Of a stretch of 32,000 nucleotides of DNA, positions 10,112 to 19,349 are shown one piece after another. A program made the position numbers and the translations under genes. Below the pieces are notes generated by a model, which worked only from the letters and a program-made list of their open reading frames with translations, was not told the DNA's origin and did not search any database. Positions within the stretch are counted from its first letter, which is position 1, and the number at the start of each line of letters is the position of its first letter. Source of the stretch: Demequinaceae bacterium (GTDB lineage: Bacteria; Actinomycetota; Actinomycetes; Actinomycetales; Demequinaceae); the NCBI GenBank assembly GCA_965250005.1, contig OZ252279.1:1650001-1682000 (forward strand), written 5' to 3'.

Positions 10112-11431
10112 ATGGCTACCAAGACATCGGCTATCCGCGAGAGCGACCAGGAGGTCGCCGCGGATGGCTCCCAGCGCGAGCGATCGCGTCTCTCTGGCGC
10201 CGACGGCGTCCGGGCTTTCGCGGCCCTAGCCGTGATCTTCCACCATCTGGGCCAGAAGCTGCCCAGCTGGGAGCAAGAGGGCTGGTTGCTGGACTGGCAC
10301 GGCGTTATGGTCAAGGGCGCGATCGGCGTGAGCGTGTTCTTCGTGCTTTCCGGCATGCTGCTCAGCTTCCCGTTCTGGACCGCGTACTTCGAGAAGCGCA
10401 AGATGCCCTCGCTCGCGCACTACGCGAAGCGGCGCGCTCAGCGGATCATGCCCGGCTTTTACGTGGCCCTGCTGGTGAGCTTCTGGGTCGCGGGGATCTA
10501 CTACGACTACGACGACGGCGAGGTGCTTGCGCCCGTGCGGCGCCTGTTCGCGGGCCTCACGTTCACGGCCGGCTTCGACTACGAGACGTTGTTCCCGACC
10601 GAGGTGAACGGCCCGCTGTGGTCCATCTCCTTCGAGGTGATCAGTTACGTGCTCATGCCCATCCTCATGATCGGGCTGTTCCTACTCGCGCGGAAAGTGC
10701 GCGGGCGTGTGGTCGCGTGGGCCTACTGGCTGGCCGGGTTTGGCGGCATTCTGCTGGTCAACCACTGGGTGGTGCAGACCTTCCAGCTCGACAACGCAGG
10801 CAAGGGCTGGCAGTACGGAATTGTGGGCGGGGCCAAGACGTGGATGCCCGAGTACAATCCGGTGGGGTTCTTCGCGCACTTCGCCGTGGGAATCTTGGTG
10901 TCCGCGTTTATTGTGCAGTGGAAGGTGTTCCACGACGGCCGGCGCTCCTGGATGTTCGACGGGCTGGCACTGTTACCCATCGGCGGAATTGCCTACCTGC
11001 TGTGGAAGATGCGCCTGCCGTCCGAGCCCGCGCAGGAGTTCAGCATCGACGGCCAGCCCTACTACTTCCCCACGTTCGCGCTCATGGTGGGTGCGTTGCT
11101 CGCGCTACTCGCGTACTCCAAACTGCTGGGCAGGCTGTTGGACAACCCGTTCATGCGCTACACGGCCAAGATTTCGTTTGGCCTGTACATCTGGCACCAC
11201 CTGATCATGTTCATCGTGACGCGCGAGGTGCGCGGCGACTACTACTACGGCGGGATGACGGACCGGGTGGACCTCGCGATCATTTCTGTGATGGTGCTCG
11301 CCACGTCTTACGCGGTTGCTGCGATCTCCTGGCACGTGGTGGAGCGGCCTGTGCTCGAGGGCGACTGGGGCCGCTGGATAGGGGCTGCGTGGCGCAAACT
11401 TGCGCGTCGGCCGGAGTTCAAGTCCGAGTAG
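10112..11431 (+). CDS. Acyltransferase family 3 (OafA/YrhL-like) membrane protein
   Basis: N-terminal GADGVRAFAALAVIFHHLG, many TM segments, later YGLYIWHH-type motif (SFGLYIWHHLIM) and C-terminal SWHVVERPVL, characteristic of AT3 acyltransferases. Confidence 0.9.
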   Translation: MATKTSAIRESDQEVAADGSQRERSRLSGADGVRAFAALAVIFHHLGQKLPSWEQEGWLLDWHGVMVKGAIGVSVFFVLSGMLLSFPFWTAYFEKRKMPSLAHYAKRRAQRIMPGFYVALLVSFWVAGIYYDYDDGEVLAPVRRLFAGLTFTAGFDYETLFPTEVNGPLWSISFEVISYVLMPILMIGLFLLARKVRGRVVAWAYWLAGFGGILLVNHWVVQTFQLDNAGKGWQYGIVGGAKTWMPEYNPVGFFAHFAVGILVSAFIVQWKVFHDGRRSWMFDGLALLPIGGIAYLLWKMRLPSEPAQEFSIDGQPYYFPTFALMVGALLALLAYSKLLGRLLDNPFMRYTAKISFGLYIWHHLIMFIVTREVRGDYYYGGMTDRVDLAIISVMVLATSYAVAAISWHVVERPVLEGDWGRWIGAAWRKLARRPEFKSE

Positions 11432-11467
11432 CGCCGATGTCCGGACGGCCTTTGCGTTAGAGGTAGG

Positions 11468-12658
11468 TTGGCGATCGTGGCCAAACAGCCGTCCCAGCAG
11501 AAGTCAGTCGCGCCCCCGTCGGCCGAGTTCCGCAAATTCAGGCGCGCCGTCGCCGCGACGTTCTTTGGAGTTGGCGCGGCGTTCGCTTCTTGGGCACCCC
11601 ACATCCCGTATGTGAGCGAGAAGCACGGACTCGACGAGGCCCAGCTGGGCCAGGTGCTTCTCGCGATGGGCATCGGATCGGTGCTGTCCATGGTGGTTGC
11701 AGGGCCAATCTCTGCGCGCGTCGGGCCGCACAAGGTTACGCTCTGGGCTGGCCTCGGAATTGGAGTGGCGCTGACGCTGCCGGTGCTCGCGCCCAGCGTG
11801 CCGCTCATGGTCGGGGCTCTCGTCGTCCTTGGCGGGGTCATTGGCATCACTGATGTCGCCATGAACGCCGTCGCTGCCGACGTCGAGGTGCGCTACGCGC
11901 GGCCCACCATGTCCTTCTTCCATGGCATGTTCAGCGCGGGCGCGCTCGCCGGATCGGTCGTCGCGTTCCTCGCTCTCAGGGCTGGCGCCACGCCACTTGA
12001 GCACATGGGAGCGGTTGCCGTGATTGTCACTCTCGCCTATCTCCCGAGCCTGCGCGCCCTGCCCGCGCCCGCCGCCGCCGCGACGCATGACAAGGCTGGC
12101 GTCTTCAAGATTCCTACGGGTGCTCTGCTGGTCATCGGGCTGCTCGTGCTTGTTGCGCTTGCCGCCGAGGGCGCAGTGTTCGACTGGAGCGCCAAGCTGT
12201 TGCGTGACGACCTCGCCACCACGGGCGCCGTTGCGGCCCTGGGGTACGGCGCGTTCTCCGTGACAATGGCCGCCGGCCGCTTCGCCGGCGACTGGACCAA
12301 CGCTCACATCGGACCCGTGGCGCTGGTGCGCTGGGGCGCCGCGCTTGCGGCGCTCGGACTGGGCGGCGGGCTGGCGATCGGCACGCCCGCGTCCGTGATC
12401 GCGGGATTCATTGTGATGGGCATCGGACTGGCCAATACGGTGCCGGTGATGTTCACGGCCGGAGCGGCCCGCGGGCGCACGCAGGCCGAGGGGATCGCAG
12501 CAGTGGCCGTGATGGGCTACGTGGGTTTCCTCGTGGCGCCGCCTCTGATCGGTCTGCTCGCGAACGCGACGTCGCTAGCGCAGGCGCTTGGTGTCGTGTC
12601 GGTGGCGCTGGTCGCGGTGGTGCTCACCGCGCGCGCTGTAGCACCGCGCGCGGACTAG
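11468..12658 (+). CDS. MFS transporter
   Basis: About 12 hydrophobic segments; FASWAPHIPYVSEKHGLDEAQLGQVLLAMGIGSVLSMVVAGPISARVGPHKVTL. Start is TTG 11468 or GTG 11477. Confidence 0.88.
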   Translation: MAIVAKQPSQQKSVAPPSAEFRKFRRAVAATFFGVGAAFASWAPHIPYVSEKHGLDEAQLGQVLLAMGIGSVLSMVVAGPISARVGPHKVTLWAGLGIGVALTLPVLAPSVPLMVGALVVLGGVIGITDVAMNAVAADVEVRYARPTMSFFHGMFSAGALAGSVVAFLALRAGATPLEHMGAVAVIVTLAYLPSLRALPAPAAAATHDKAGVFKIPTGALLVIGLLVLVALAAEGAVFDWSAKLLRDDLATTGAVAALGYGAFSVTMAAGRFAGDWTNAHIGPVALVRWGAALAALGLGGGLAIGTPASVIAGFIVMGIGLANTVPVMFTAGAARGRTQAEGIAAVAVMGYVGFLVAPPLIGLLANATSLAQALGVVSVALVAVVLTARAVAPRAD

Positions 12659-12723
12659 CCGCCGATAGCGTCCTTGGCGACCCCGACATTCGCTATACAC
12701 GTTGTGCCCAGGCGGGGTCGGCG

Positions 12724-13605
12724 TCAGGTGCGGCGCGAGGTGGGACGCGTGCGCATCCGCAGCGTGAGCCCGAACAGCAGAATCGGCAGAAGCAAGGCAA
12801 GCCAGATTCCGGGCGGGACCGAGGATGGCCCGGTTTGGCGCGGGGAGTAGTCGGCTAGGGCGGCCTCGATCGCGGGCGTCCAGGCGGCCGCGATTTTGGC
12901 GTTGCCGGAGTCGTTGGGGTGCACGCCGTCGTAGGTGTCGGTGCCGCTGTCGAAGCCAGCGTCGAGCACGACCGCCGTCACGGGGGACTTCGCGGTGGTG
13001 ACCTTCTCGGCCCAGGCGAGGATGCGGGGGTTGAGCTGGTCGATAGTGGCGTTGCATGTCGGGCAACGAGTCTTGGCCATCGGCAACATCGTGCCGATCA
13101 GCAACGTGATCTCGGGGTCGTATTCCCGCATTTGGATGAGCAGAACCTGGTACTGGGTGATGACCTCGTCGACGTCCGCACCGGTCCAGACATCGTTGGT
13201 GCCGAGCAGCATGACAATGATGTCCGGCTGACTGCGCGTGAGCAGGCCGGCGAGCGTGATCTTGGACGTAGCCGCGTGCGTGGTCAGGCCAGGGTAGCCA
13301 GCGTTGTTGGCCTCCCAGACGTTGCCCGCAGCGTCCCTGACTTCGCCGCACTCCTCGGGCTTGCGCGGCCCGACTGCGTGGAACCGGTGCCCCGCATTGC
13401 TGAGGGTCTGCCAAATGGTCGCGCGCCAGCAGCCGGGAGAGCCGGTGATCGAGTCGCCAAGGAACATGACGTTTGGCGCCGCGACGTCGTGCGGCGCAGT
13501 GCTTGGGGACGGGTCCGGGGCTGCGGCACCGGGAGCCGCGAACGTGAACGTCATCGCTAGCGTGACGGAGAGCGCGCCAAGCATCTTCAAGGCCGTGAGC
13601 CCCAT
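12724..13605 (-). CDS. SGNH/GDSL hydrolase, predicted exported/anchored
   Basis: NVMFLGDSITGS, DIIVMLLGTNDVWTG and DGVHPNDSGNAKIA blocks, N-terminal signal-like segment, C-terminal TM (PPGIWLALLLPILLFGLTL). Start at internal Met 13605 preferred because the longer ORF overlaps the upstream gene. Confidence 0.88.
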   Translation of the reverse strand: MGLTALKMLGALSVTLAMTFTFAAPGAAAPDPSPSTAPHDVAAPNVMFLGDSITGSPGCWRATIWQTLSNAGHRFHAVGPRKPEECGEVRDAAGNVWEANNAGYPGLTTHAATSKITLAGLLTRSQPDIIVMLLGTNDVWTGADVDEVITQYQVLLIQMREYDPEITLLIGTMLPMAKTRCPTCNATIDQLNPRILAWAEKVTTAKSPVTAVVLDAGFDSGTDTYDGVHPNDSGNAKIAAAWTPAIEAALADYSPRQTGPSSVPPGIWLALLLPILLFGLTLRMRTRPTSRRT

Positions 13606-13616
13606 GACGACGGAGC

Positions 13617-14414
13617 CTAGCCCTCGCGTGGATGCCGACGGCGGCGGGTCAGGACCCACCAGCCCATGCCTACGGCCATCGCGGCCGCTAGGAATCCGGC
13701 GGCCATATTCCGGCGGCGCGCGCTCTCGCGGAGCGCGACCGGCTTGCGGAAGTGAAGCACGCCCCAGCCGTGCTCTGCTGCGGTCTTGCGCATGCCGCGG
13801 TCAGGGTTGACGGCAAACCCGTGGCCGACCACGTTGAGCATCGGCCCGTCCGTGATCGAGTCGGAGTAGGCGTAGCAGCGCTCCAGGTCGTACCCCTTGT
13901 CGCTGGCGAGAGAGCGCATGGCGGCGGCCTTCGCAGGACCGAACGCATACAGGCTGATCTCGCCGGTGTACTTGCCGTCCTTGATCTCCATCTGTGAGCC
14001 GATCGCGTGGTCTGCGCCAAGCAGTTCGGCGATGGGGGCGACCACCTCCATACCGGACGCGGACACGATCACCACGTCGCGGCCATTCGCCTGATGGCGC
14101 CTGATTAGCGCGAGCGCCTCCTCGTATACGACAGGGTCGATCTGCTCCTTGACGGTTTCGCCGACGATCTTCCTGACTTTCGCCACGTCCCAGCCCGTGA
14201 CCACATCGCTCATGGCATCCCGCAGGCGTTCCGTTTGGCGCTCGTCGGCGCCACCGACCATGAAGAGGAACTGCGCATAGGCGGCGCGGATCGCGTCAGT
14301 CCGGCGCAGCAGTCCCTCGTCGAAGAACTCGCGAGAAAATGTGGTCGCCGAGGACGTCGCAATGATGGTCTTGTCCAAGTCAAAGAACGCGGCGGTTCGC
14401 GCGGGCGTGGTCAT
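13617..14414 (-). CDS. HAD-IB family (SerB-like) hydrolase
   Basis: AAFFDLDKTII (DxD motif), VIVSASGMEVVAP, YAYSDSITDGPMLNVVGHGFAVNPDRGMRKTAAEHGWGVLHF. Preferred start ATG 14414. Confidence 0.9.
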   Translation of the reverse strand: MTTPARTAAFFDLDKTIIATSSATTFSREFFDEGLLRRTDAIRAAYAQFLFMVGGADERQTERLRDAMSDVVTGWDVAKVRKIVGETVKEQIDPVVYEEALALIRRHQANGRDVVIVSASGMEVVAPIAELLGADHAIGSQMEIKDGKYTGEISLYAFGPAKAAAMRSLASDKGYDLERCYAYSDSITDGPMLNVVGHGFAVNPDRGMRKTAAEHGWGVLHFRKPVALRESARRRNMAAGFLAAAMAVGMGWWVLTRRRRHPREG

Positions 14415-14540
14415 GGGTCCTCCCTCTCTCAGTTTAGGGAGCCGATGCTCCGGTGTCCCCAGGAGCAAGGTTGCGATCTCGCAACGTGTCGGGCGGCAGA
14501 TGCGGTGCTGTAACTCTCGTGGCGGGCGGAACCTGGACTC

Positions 14541-15566
14541 ATGTCGCCTTCACCGACCCATTGGCACGCAGGCCCGCTGCAGATGCTGCTCGAGACTCCG
14601 GGTGTGACCGATGTGCTTGTCAATGGCCCCGAGGACGTGTGGATGGACAGAGGCGTAGGGCTCGAACAGGCGTCCGCACAGTTCGCGGGGGTGGGGGCAG
14701 TGCGTGAACTCGCCGTGCGGCTCGCGTCGCTTGGCGGGCGTCGTCTGGATGACGCGAGCCCGCTCGTGGACGCGCGGCTTCCTGACGGGACTCGGTTGCA
14801 CGCGGCCCTTCCGCCGGTGGTGGACGGGTGCACCAGCATTTCGCTGCGGACCGTGCGGCGCCTCGCGCTCACTCTTGAGGACCTCGTTGTTGGTGGGACC
14901 GTGGCGCCGGCCATGGCGCCGCTGTTGGCGGGACTAGTCGAGCGGCGCGCGAACGTGTTGATTACTGGAGCCACCGGGAGCGGGAAGACCACCCTGTTGG
15001 CGACGCTACTGTCGCGCGTTGACCCTGCTGAGCGCATCATCGTGATCGAAGAGGCGGGAGAGGTCATGCCTGACCATCCTCACGTGGTCCGGCTGGTCGA
15101 GCGACGGGCGAACGTCGACGGCGCGGGCGCGGTTTCGCTTAGCCGCCTGGTGCGCGAGGCGTTGCGTATGCGGCCCGACCGGATCGTGTTGGGTGAATGC
15201 CGGGGGGCGGAAGTCCGAGACGTCCTCACGGCTCTCAACACGGGACACCGCGGCAGTTTCGCGACCCTCCACGCCAATGCCCCTGGCGACGTGCCCGCAC
15301 GGCTGGCCGCTCTCGGCGCGCTAGCCGGAATGGATGCGCGCGCCACGGATCTGCACGCCGCCGCCGCGTTTGATGCGGTCGTGTATCTAGACAAGACCGA
15401 GGCCGGCCGCAGGGTCTCTGAGATCGCGGTTCTTGGGGTGAGGCGTGCGGGAGGTGGCGCCACTGCGTTGACGGTCGAGACGGCGCTGACGGCGGACCCG
15501 TCGGGTGGTGTAGTCGAGGGACCTGCATGGGCTGACATTGGCGTTCCATGGTTGGCCGCCGCGTGA
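14541..15566 (+). CDS. TadA/CpaF-family secretion ATPase
   Basis: Walker A ITGATGSGKTTLL, Asp box/Walker B region RIIVIEEAGE, RMRPDRIVLGECRGAEVRDVLTALNTGHRGSFATLHAN. Confidence 0.93.
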   Translation: MSPSPTHWHAGPLQMLLETPGVTDVLVNGPEDVWMDRGVGLEQASAQFAGVGAVRELAVRLASLGGRRLDDASPLVDARLPDGTRLHAALPPVVDGCTSISLRTVRRLALTLEDLVVGGTVAPAMAPLLAGLVERRANVLITGATGSGKTTLLATLLSRVDPAERIIVIEEAGEVMPDHPHVVRLVERRANVDGAGAVSLSRLVREALRMRPDRIVLGECRGAEVRDVLTALNTGHRGSFATLHANAPGDVPARLAALGALAGMDARATDLHAAAAFDAVVYLDKTEAGRRVSEIAVLGVRRAGGGATALTVETALTADPSGGVVEGPAWADIGVPWLAAA

Positions 15567-16531
15567 CGCCCGGAGGGCCGGGCGTGGATGCTCGGCTGGG
15601 CCACGCTGAGCTGATCGACGCCGTTGGCCTGCTGCGCGCTGGGGCCTTGCCCAGTGACGTGTGGAGCGAAGTCTTTGGAGTGGAGGAGGGCGCGAACGGG
15701 CTTCCGGTCCTGGCCGGCTCGAGCGAAGGCGACCTAGGTGGGCCCGGGCGGGATGAGGCCGTACGCGCCGCCGTCCGAGCCGCGGCGCAACTTTCGATGG
15801 TCGCGGGAGCCTCGCTCGCCGACGTGCTTGAGCGTGTGGCGTCAACGCTGCGTGACGAGGCCTCAGCAAGACTCGCGCGCGATGTCGCCATGGCGGGGCC
15901 GCGGGCGAGCGCGGCAGTACTCCTGTGGCTCCCGGTCGGTGGGCTGGCGCTCGCGATGGTAGTCGACGGCGGCGCGGCGCGCGTGCTGTTTCTCACGCCT
16001 GTGGGTTGGGTGCTCGCCGCGCTGGCGGCGGGTCTGACCCTCGGCGGGCGGGCTTGGATGAGGTCGCTACTACGGACCGCTGAAGCCGCAGGAACTGGTG
16101 GCGGGCACGTGGCCATGGCGCTCGCACTAACGGAAGCAGCCGTAGGGGCCGGGCTCGACGTGAGCAGCGCAATCGGCGTCGCAGGCGAGTGCCTCGGCGG
16201 GGACGTTGGTCCCCGCCTCCGGGCCACGGAACAGGCGCTGGCACGGGGAGAAGCGTGGGCGCCCGCATGGAGTCGCGCGGGTCCAGACCTGGCCCCCCTG
16301 GAGCGGGCGCTGCGCCACGCCTGGAGGGCAGGCGCCTCTCCCGTACCCGCGCTTCGCGCTGGTGCGGACGCGCTGGCAGAGTCCAGCCGCGCCCAGGGCG
16401 CACGGGCCGCAGCTCAGATGGAGGTGCGGGCCACGCTCCCACTCGCCGTGTGCTTGCTGCCTGCTTTCGTGCTCGTCGGAGTAGTGCCACTGGTGGTTTC
16501 CGTCGCCATCAGTGCGCGGGTGGACCTCTAG
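15563..16531 (+). CDS. Tad-type secretion inner membrane protein (type II secretion F domain, TadB/TadC-like)
   Basis: GTG at 15563 overlaps the TadA stop (GTGA). LERVASTLRDEASARLARDVAMAGPRASAAVLLWLPVGGLALAM... and C-terminal AAQMEVRATLPLAVCLLPAFVLVGVVPLVVSV typical of T2SS-F proteins. Confidence 0.85.
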   Translation: MTPGGPGVDARLGHAELIDAVGLLRAGALPSDVWSEVFGVEEGANGLPVLAGSSEGDLGGPGRDEAVRAAVRAAAQLSMVAGASLADVLERVASTLRDEASARLARDVAMAGPRASAAVLLWLPVGGLALAMVVDGGAARVLFLTPVGWVLAALAAGLTLGGRAWMRSLLRTAEAAGTGGGHVAMALALTEAAVGAGLDVSSAIGVAGECLGGDVGPRLRATEQALARGEAWAPAWSRAGPDLAPLERALRHAWRAGASPVPALRAGADALAESSRAQGARAAAQMEVRATLPLAVCLLPAFVLVGVVPLVVSVAISARVDL

Positions 16532-16575
16532 TGGCGAACGTGTTTCGGGATGGACCCGGCAAGAAGGAGAGAACT

Positions 16576-16737
16576 ATGAAGAGAAATGTGCGCAGCGATC
16601 GCGGATCGGCAACCACGGAGTACGCAATGGTGACGGTCGCGGCTGCAGGATTCGCCGGGCTACTGGTGGTGCTACTCAAATCGCCCGAGGTGCGCGACAT
16701 GCTCCTGGGAATCATCAAGTCCTCGCTGGGCGGCTAG
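16576..16737 (+). CDS. Flp-pilin-like / DUF4244-type small membrane protein
   Basis: 53 aa, MKRNVRSDRGSATTEYAMVTVAAAGFAGLLVVLLKSPEVRDMLLGIIKSSLGG. Preceded by AAGGAGAGAACT; ATTEYA followed by a single TM segment; located between tad genes. Confidence 0.85.
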   Translation: MKRNVRSDRGSATTEYAMVTVAAAGFAGLLVVLLKSPEVRDMLLGIIKSSLGG

Positions 16738-16741
16738 CCAC

Positions 16742-17083
16742 GTGAGGCGCCGCGCCGCAATGGGCGAGACGGGCGACAGGGGAAGCGCGACGGTGGAGTT
16801 CGCGATGCTTTTGCCAGCCGTCGTCATGATTCTCGCGACCTTGCTTGGGTCCGTTCAGTGGGCTACAGCGCAGATCCGGGTTGAGAGCGCCGCCGCCACG
16901 GCGGCGCGAGTTGCGATCGTAGGGACGGACATCGAGTCGAGGGCAGCCGTCACTCAGGCCGCAGGTTCCGGCGTGCTGGTCTCGATTGTGCGGGACGGCG
17001 CGTGGATCCGCGTGACCGTGACCGCGGCTACCACCTGGGGCCTGCCGGTGCGAGGGACAGCGGTTGCGCTCGCTCAGGAATAG
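16742..17083 (+). CDS. TadE-like pseudopilin
   Basis: DRGSATVEFAMLLPAVVMILATLLGSVQWATAQIRVESAAATAARVAI, typical TadE N-terminal motif and TM. Confidence 0.88.
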   Translation: MRRRAAMGETGDRGSATVEFAMLLPAVVMILATLLGSVQWATAQIRVESAAATAARVAIVGTDIESRAAVTQAAGSGVLVSIVRDGAWIRVTVTAATTWGLPVRGTAVALAQE

Positions 17084-17447
17084 CGGCGAATCGGGCCGCT
17101 CTCGCGAGCACGGGTCCGCGACGCTGGTCATGGTAGCCGTCATTAGCACTGTCGCGGTGCTCGCCGCGTTAGTCGCGTCGGTTGGCGCGGTGCAGGTGGT
17201 CTTGGTGCGAGCTCAGGGGGTTGCTGACGTAGCCTCGATTGCGGGCGCGTACGAGGCTCGAGACCTACGCATCGGTGGGCGCGATGCCACTCAACCCGCT
17301 TGCGCGATCGCCCGCGAAGTCTGTCGCGTGGCGGGTGCAACGCTGGTCACTTGTGTCGCCACCCGAGCCGGGACGGTGACCGTCACCGTGGCGTTGTCAG
17401 CCGCAGGCCTCGCCGTGACGAGGACGGCGAGCGCAGGCACGGGCTAG
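17064..17447 (+). CDS. TadE/TadG-like (Rv3654c-like) secreted tad-locus protein
   Basis: EHGSATLVMVAVISTVAVLAALVASVGAVQVVLVRAQGVADVASIAGAYEA; last gene of the tad cluster, overlapping the TadE-like CDS. Start codon uncertain (TTG 17064). Confidence 0.75.
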   Translation: MRSLRNSGESGRSREHGSATLVMVAVISTVAVLAALVASVGAVQVVLVRAQGVADVASIAGAYEARDLRIGGRDATQPACAIAREVCRVAGATLVTCVATRAGTVTVTVALSAAGLAVTRTASAGTG

Positions 17448-17473
17448 ACGGAAGCGTGCCTCCTGGGAGAGCA

Positions 17474-17511
17474 AGAGGGCCCGGACTACCAAATGGCGGT
17501 CCGGGCCCTCT
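17474..17511. terminator. Strong bidirectional terminator candidate between tad locus and sigma-A operon
   Basis: Perfect 13-bp inverted repeat agagggcccggac - taccaaatggcg - gtccgggccctct, in the gap between convergent CDS ends 17447 and 17580. A second small hairpin (ccccg caaa cgggg) lies at 17515..17528. Confidence 0.7.
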
Positions 17512-17579
17512 CGTCCCCGCAAACGGGGCCTGTGCGTGGCGCGAGCTGAGGGACCGCGCCACGCACAGGAACTTGGTGA

Positions 17580-18725
17580 TTATGCCGTCGGAGTCGTTTC
17601 GACCCACTCGGCGCCGTTCCACTCCCACGTGTGGAGTGTGTCCTCTTCTTCGTATTCAATAACGGCGTCCTTGTGGAAGTAGCCCTTGGGGACTTCACTG
17701 CACCCAGGCCACCACTTGTAAGTTTCTGGGTCCATGAGAATCCAGGACTCTGAACCTTTGTGGCAACTGTACTGGTGATCTGCGCCATAGATTGACGCGA
17801 TGTCGCCTTCACACTTGTACTGGCCTCCACCGATCGAGCCCCAGGTTCCCTGGTCGTCAAGGTGGCGGTAGCCGTAGTACGAGTTGCTGGATCCACTCTC
17901 GCAGACGGCGAGCTTGTCGTAAGACGGCGAGTAGTTGCCGTAGTACCAAGAACTGGTCGCCTCGTCGTACCATGATGCACAGGCGTAGTATTGCTCGTCG
18001 AAGAAGTAGAAGTAGCCGGGGTTGGACTTCCACTCGTCCTTGTTGCAGTTGTAGTACCCAGCGCCTTCAGCGCGGTTTGGTCCGATGCCGTCCGCGTTGC
18101 ACTCGATGAAGGAATCTACGTAGTGATCCCAATACCAGTTGGGCTTCACATCCCAATTGTTGATGTCGCAGTTCCAGTACTTGTACGGCTTGGTGTCGTG
18201 GTCGTATTCGACGCACGTGGGCGCGGGGTCTGGTTCCGGCTCCGTCCTTGGCGGAGTATTGGCGGCGGCGGCGGCGGCGGCGGCTTCGGCGGCGGCGGCG
18301 GCTTCGGCGGCGGCCTTCTCGGCCTCGTCAGCTGCCTTCGCAGCCTCCTCGGCCTGTTTGGCCGAGAGCTTCTCGGCACTGAGGTTGGCCGCGATCTCCA
18401 GTTCTTCGTAGATCTTCTGGAGATACTCTTCTTTCGCTCCGACGTCATCGCCCAACGTATTGCTGAAGTTTTCGTTGAGACCGTTCTCAATGAGGTTGCG
18501 GTCGCGGAACCCCGGGTCTTCTTCGGCGTTGAGGCCCACGAAGAATTGCGCACCTAGGGCGCCAAGGACCATGGCGCTGACCGAACCGGCGAGGGCGGCC
18601 GAGCCCTGGCGAATCGCGCGCTTGCGTTTGGTGGACGCAACCAACTGGTCGACGACGGTACCTGAGGGCGCGTAGCCCGTGGAGCCCATCTGACCCAACT
18701 GGTCCATCTGCTCGTTAATGTTCAC
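17580..18725 (-). CDS. Sigma-A partner: single-pass membrane protein with Ala-rich helical stalk and Cys/aromatic-rich ectodomain
   Basis: GTG start at 18725 overlaps the sigma stop (GTGA). Short basic N-terminus (...VVDQLVASTKRKRAIRQ), TM (GSAALAGSVSAMVLGALGAQFFVG), AEEAAKAADEAEKAAAEAAAAAEAAAAAAA stalk, then about 200 aa with 9 Cys. Confidence 0.85.
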   Translation of the reverse strand: MNINEQMDQLGQMGSTGYAPSGTVVDQLVASTKRKRAIRQGSAALAGSVSAMVLGALGAQFFVGLNAEEDPGFRDRNLIENGLNENFSNTLGDDVGAKEEYLQKIYEELEIAANLSAEKLSAKQAEEAAKAADEAEKAAAEAAAAAEAAAAAAAANTPPRTEPEPDPAPTCVEYDHDTKPYKYWNCDINNWDVKPNWYWDHYVDSFIECNADGIGPNRAEGAGYYNCNKDEWKSNPGYFYFFDEQYYACASWYDEATSSWYYGNYSPSYDKLAVCESGSSNSYYGYRHLDDQGTWGSIGGGQYKCEGDIASIYGADHQYSCHKGSESWILMDPETYKWWPGCSEVPKGYFHKDAVIEYEEEDTLHTWEWNGAEWVETTPTA

Positions 18726-19279
18726 GATTTTGCCTTCCTTGCGGGAGTCTCCTGGATGGTGCTGTAGTCGACACCCTGTGAGGGGTTGTCCTCCAGTGCA
18801 CCCAGATGGCCGCGCAGCTTGACGGCTGCGTCAGAGAGGTAGCGCCGCACGGCGCCTTCAGAAATACCGAGCTCGCGGCCGATGGCCACGGCGGTCAGGT
18901 CGTCGTAGAAGCGAAGCACCGTACAAGCGCGCTCGCGGGGGCTCAGGTGGCGCAGGGCCTCCTGAAGGTCCGTCCGGAACTCTACGGCCGGGGCGTCAGA
19001 CTCGGCTTCGTCATTGCGGTCCAGCAAGTGGAACACACGCTTCCATGCGACGTCTTTGCGGCCAGCATCCATGTGGGCGGTAAACATTGCCCGCCGAACA
19101 TAGGATTCGGCTTCCCCCATCGACACGCTGGACTTGCCGCGCGAGAACGTCCTGACCACGGCGTCGTGGAAGAGGTCCTCAGCGTCGCGCCCATTGCCGG
19201 TGAGGAGGTACCCGTAGCCCACGAGGGCCGATCCACGCCTCCGCACGAGCTCTTCTAAGGTTTCGCTCCAATTCGGCAT
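18722..19279 (-). CDS. SigE-family/ECF-like RNA polymerase sigma factor (sigma-A of this locus)
   Basis: Region 2: LVGYGYLLTGNGRDAEDLFHDAVVRTFSR; region 4: ALRHLSPRERACTVLRFYDDLTAVAIGRELGISEGAVRRYLSDAAVKL. Start ATG 19279 preceded by AAGGGAGGTAACC. Confidence 0.93.
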   Translation of the reverse strand: MPNWSETLEELVRRRGSALVGYGYLLTGNGRDAEDLFHDAVVRTFSRGKSSVSMGEAESYVRRAMFTAHMDAGRKDVAWKRVFHLLDRNDEAESDAPAVEFRTDLQEALRHLSPRERACTVLRFYDDLTAVAIGRELGISEGAVRRYLSDAAVKLRGHLGALEDNPSQGVDYSTIQETPARKAKS

Positions 19280-19311
19280 GGTTACCTCCCTTGCTGGGCG
19301 GAGCAGACTTC

Positions 19312-19349
19312 CGCCTCTAATTACCCATACGAGCGGGGCGGGGGAAACC
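19312..19349 (-). promoter_or_regulatory. Putative sigma-A promoter block, shared with 20816..20853
   Basis: Minus strand: GGTTTCCCCCGCCCCGCTCGTATGGGTAATTAGAGGCG. GGTTTYCC, CGTAT and TAGAGGCG are at the same spacing as in the block upstream of the orphan partner. Confidence 0.6.

Noticed and set aside
11504-12307. 267-aa minus-strand ORF inside the MFS gene
   Set aside because: Antisense shadow with biased composition; the + frame is a convincing transporter.
12575-13414. 279-aa minus-strand ORF overlapping the SGNH hydrolase
   Set aside because: Frame-shifted shadow; the 12724..13605 frame has intact GDS, GTND and DGVHP motifs.
15235-16227. 330-aa minus-strand ORF across tadA/tadB-like genes
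   Set aside because: Ser/Pro/Thr/Arg-rich antisense translation; the opposite strand encodes coherent tad proteins.
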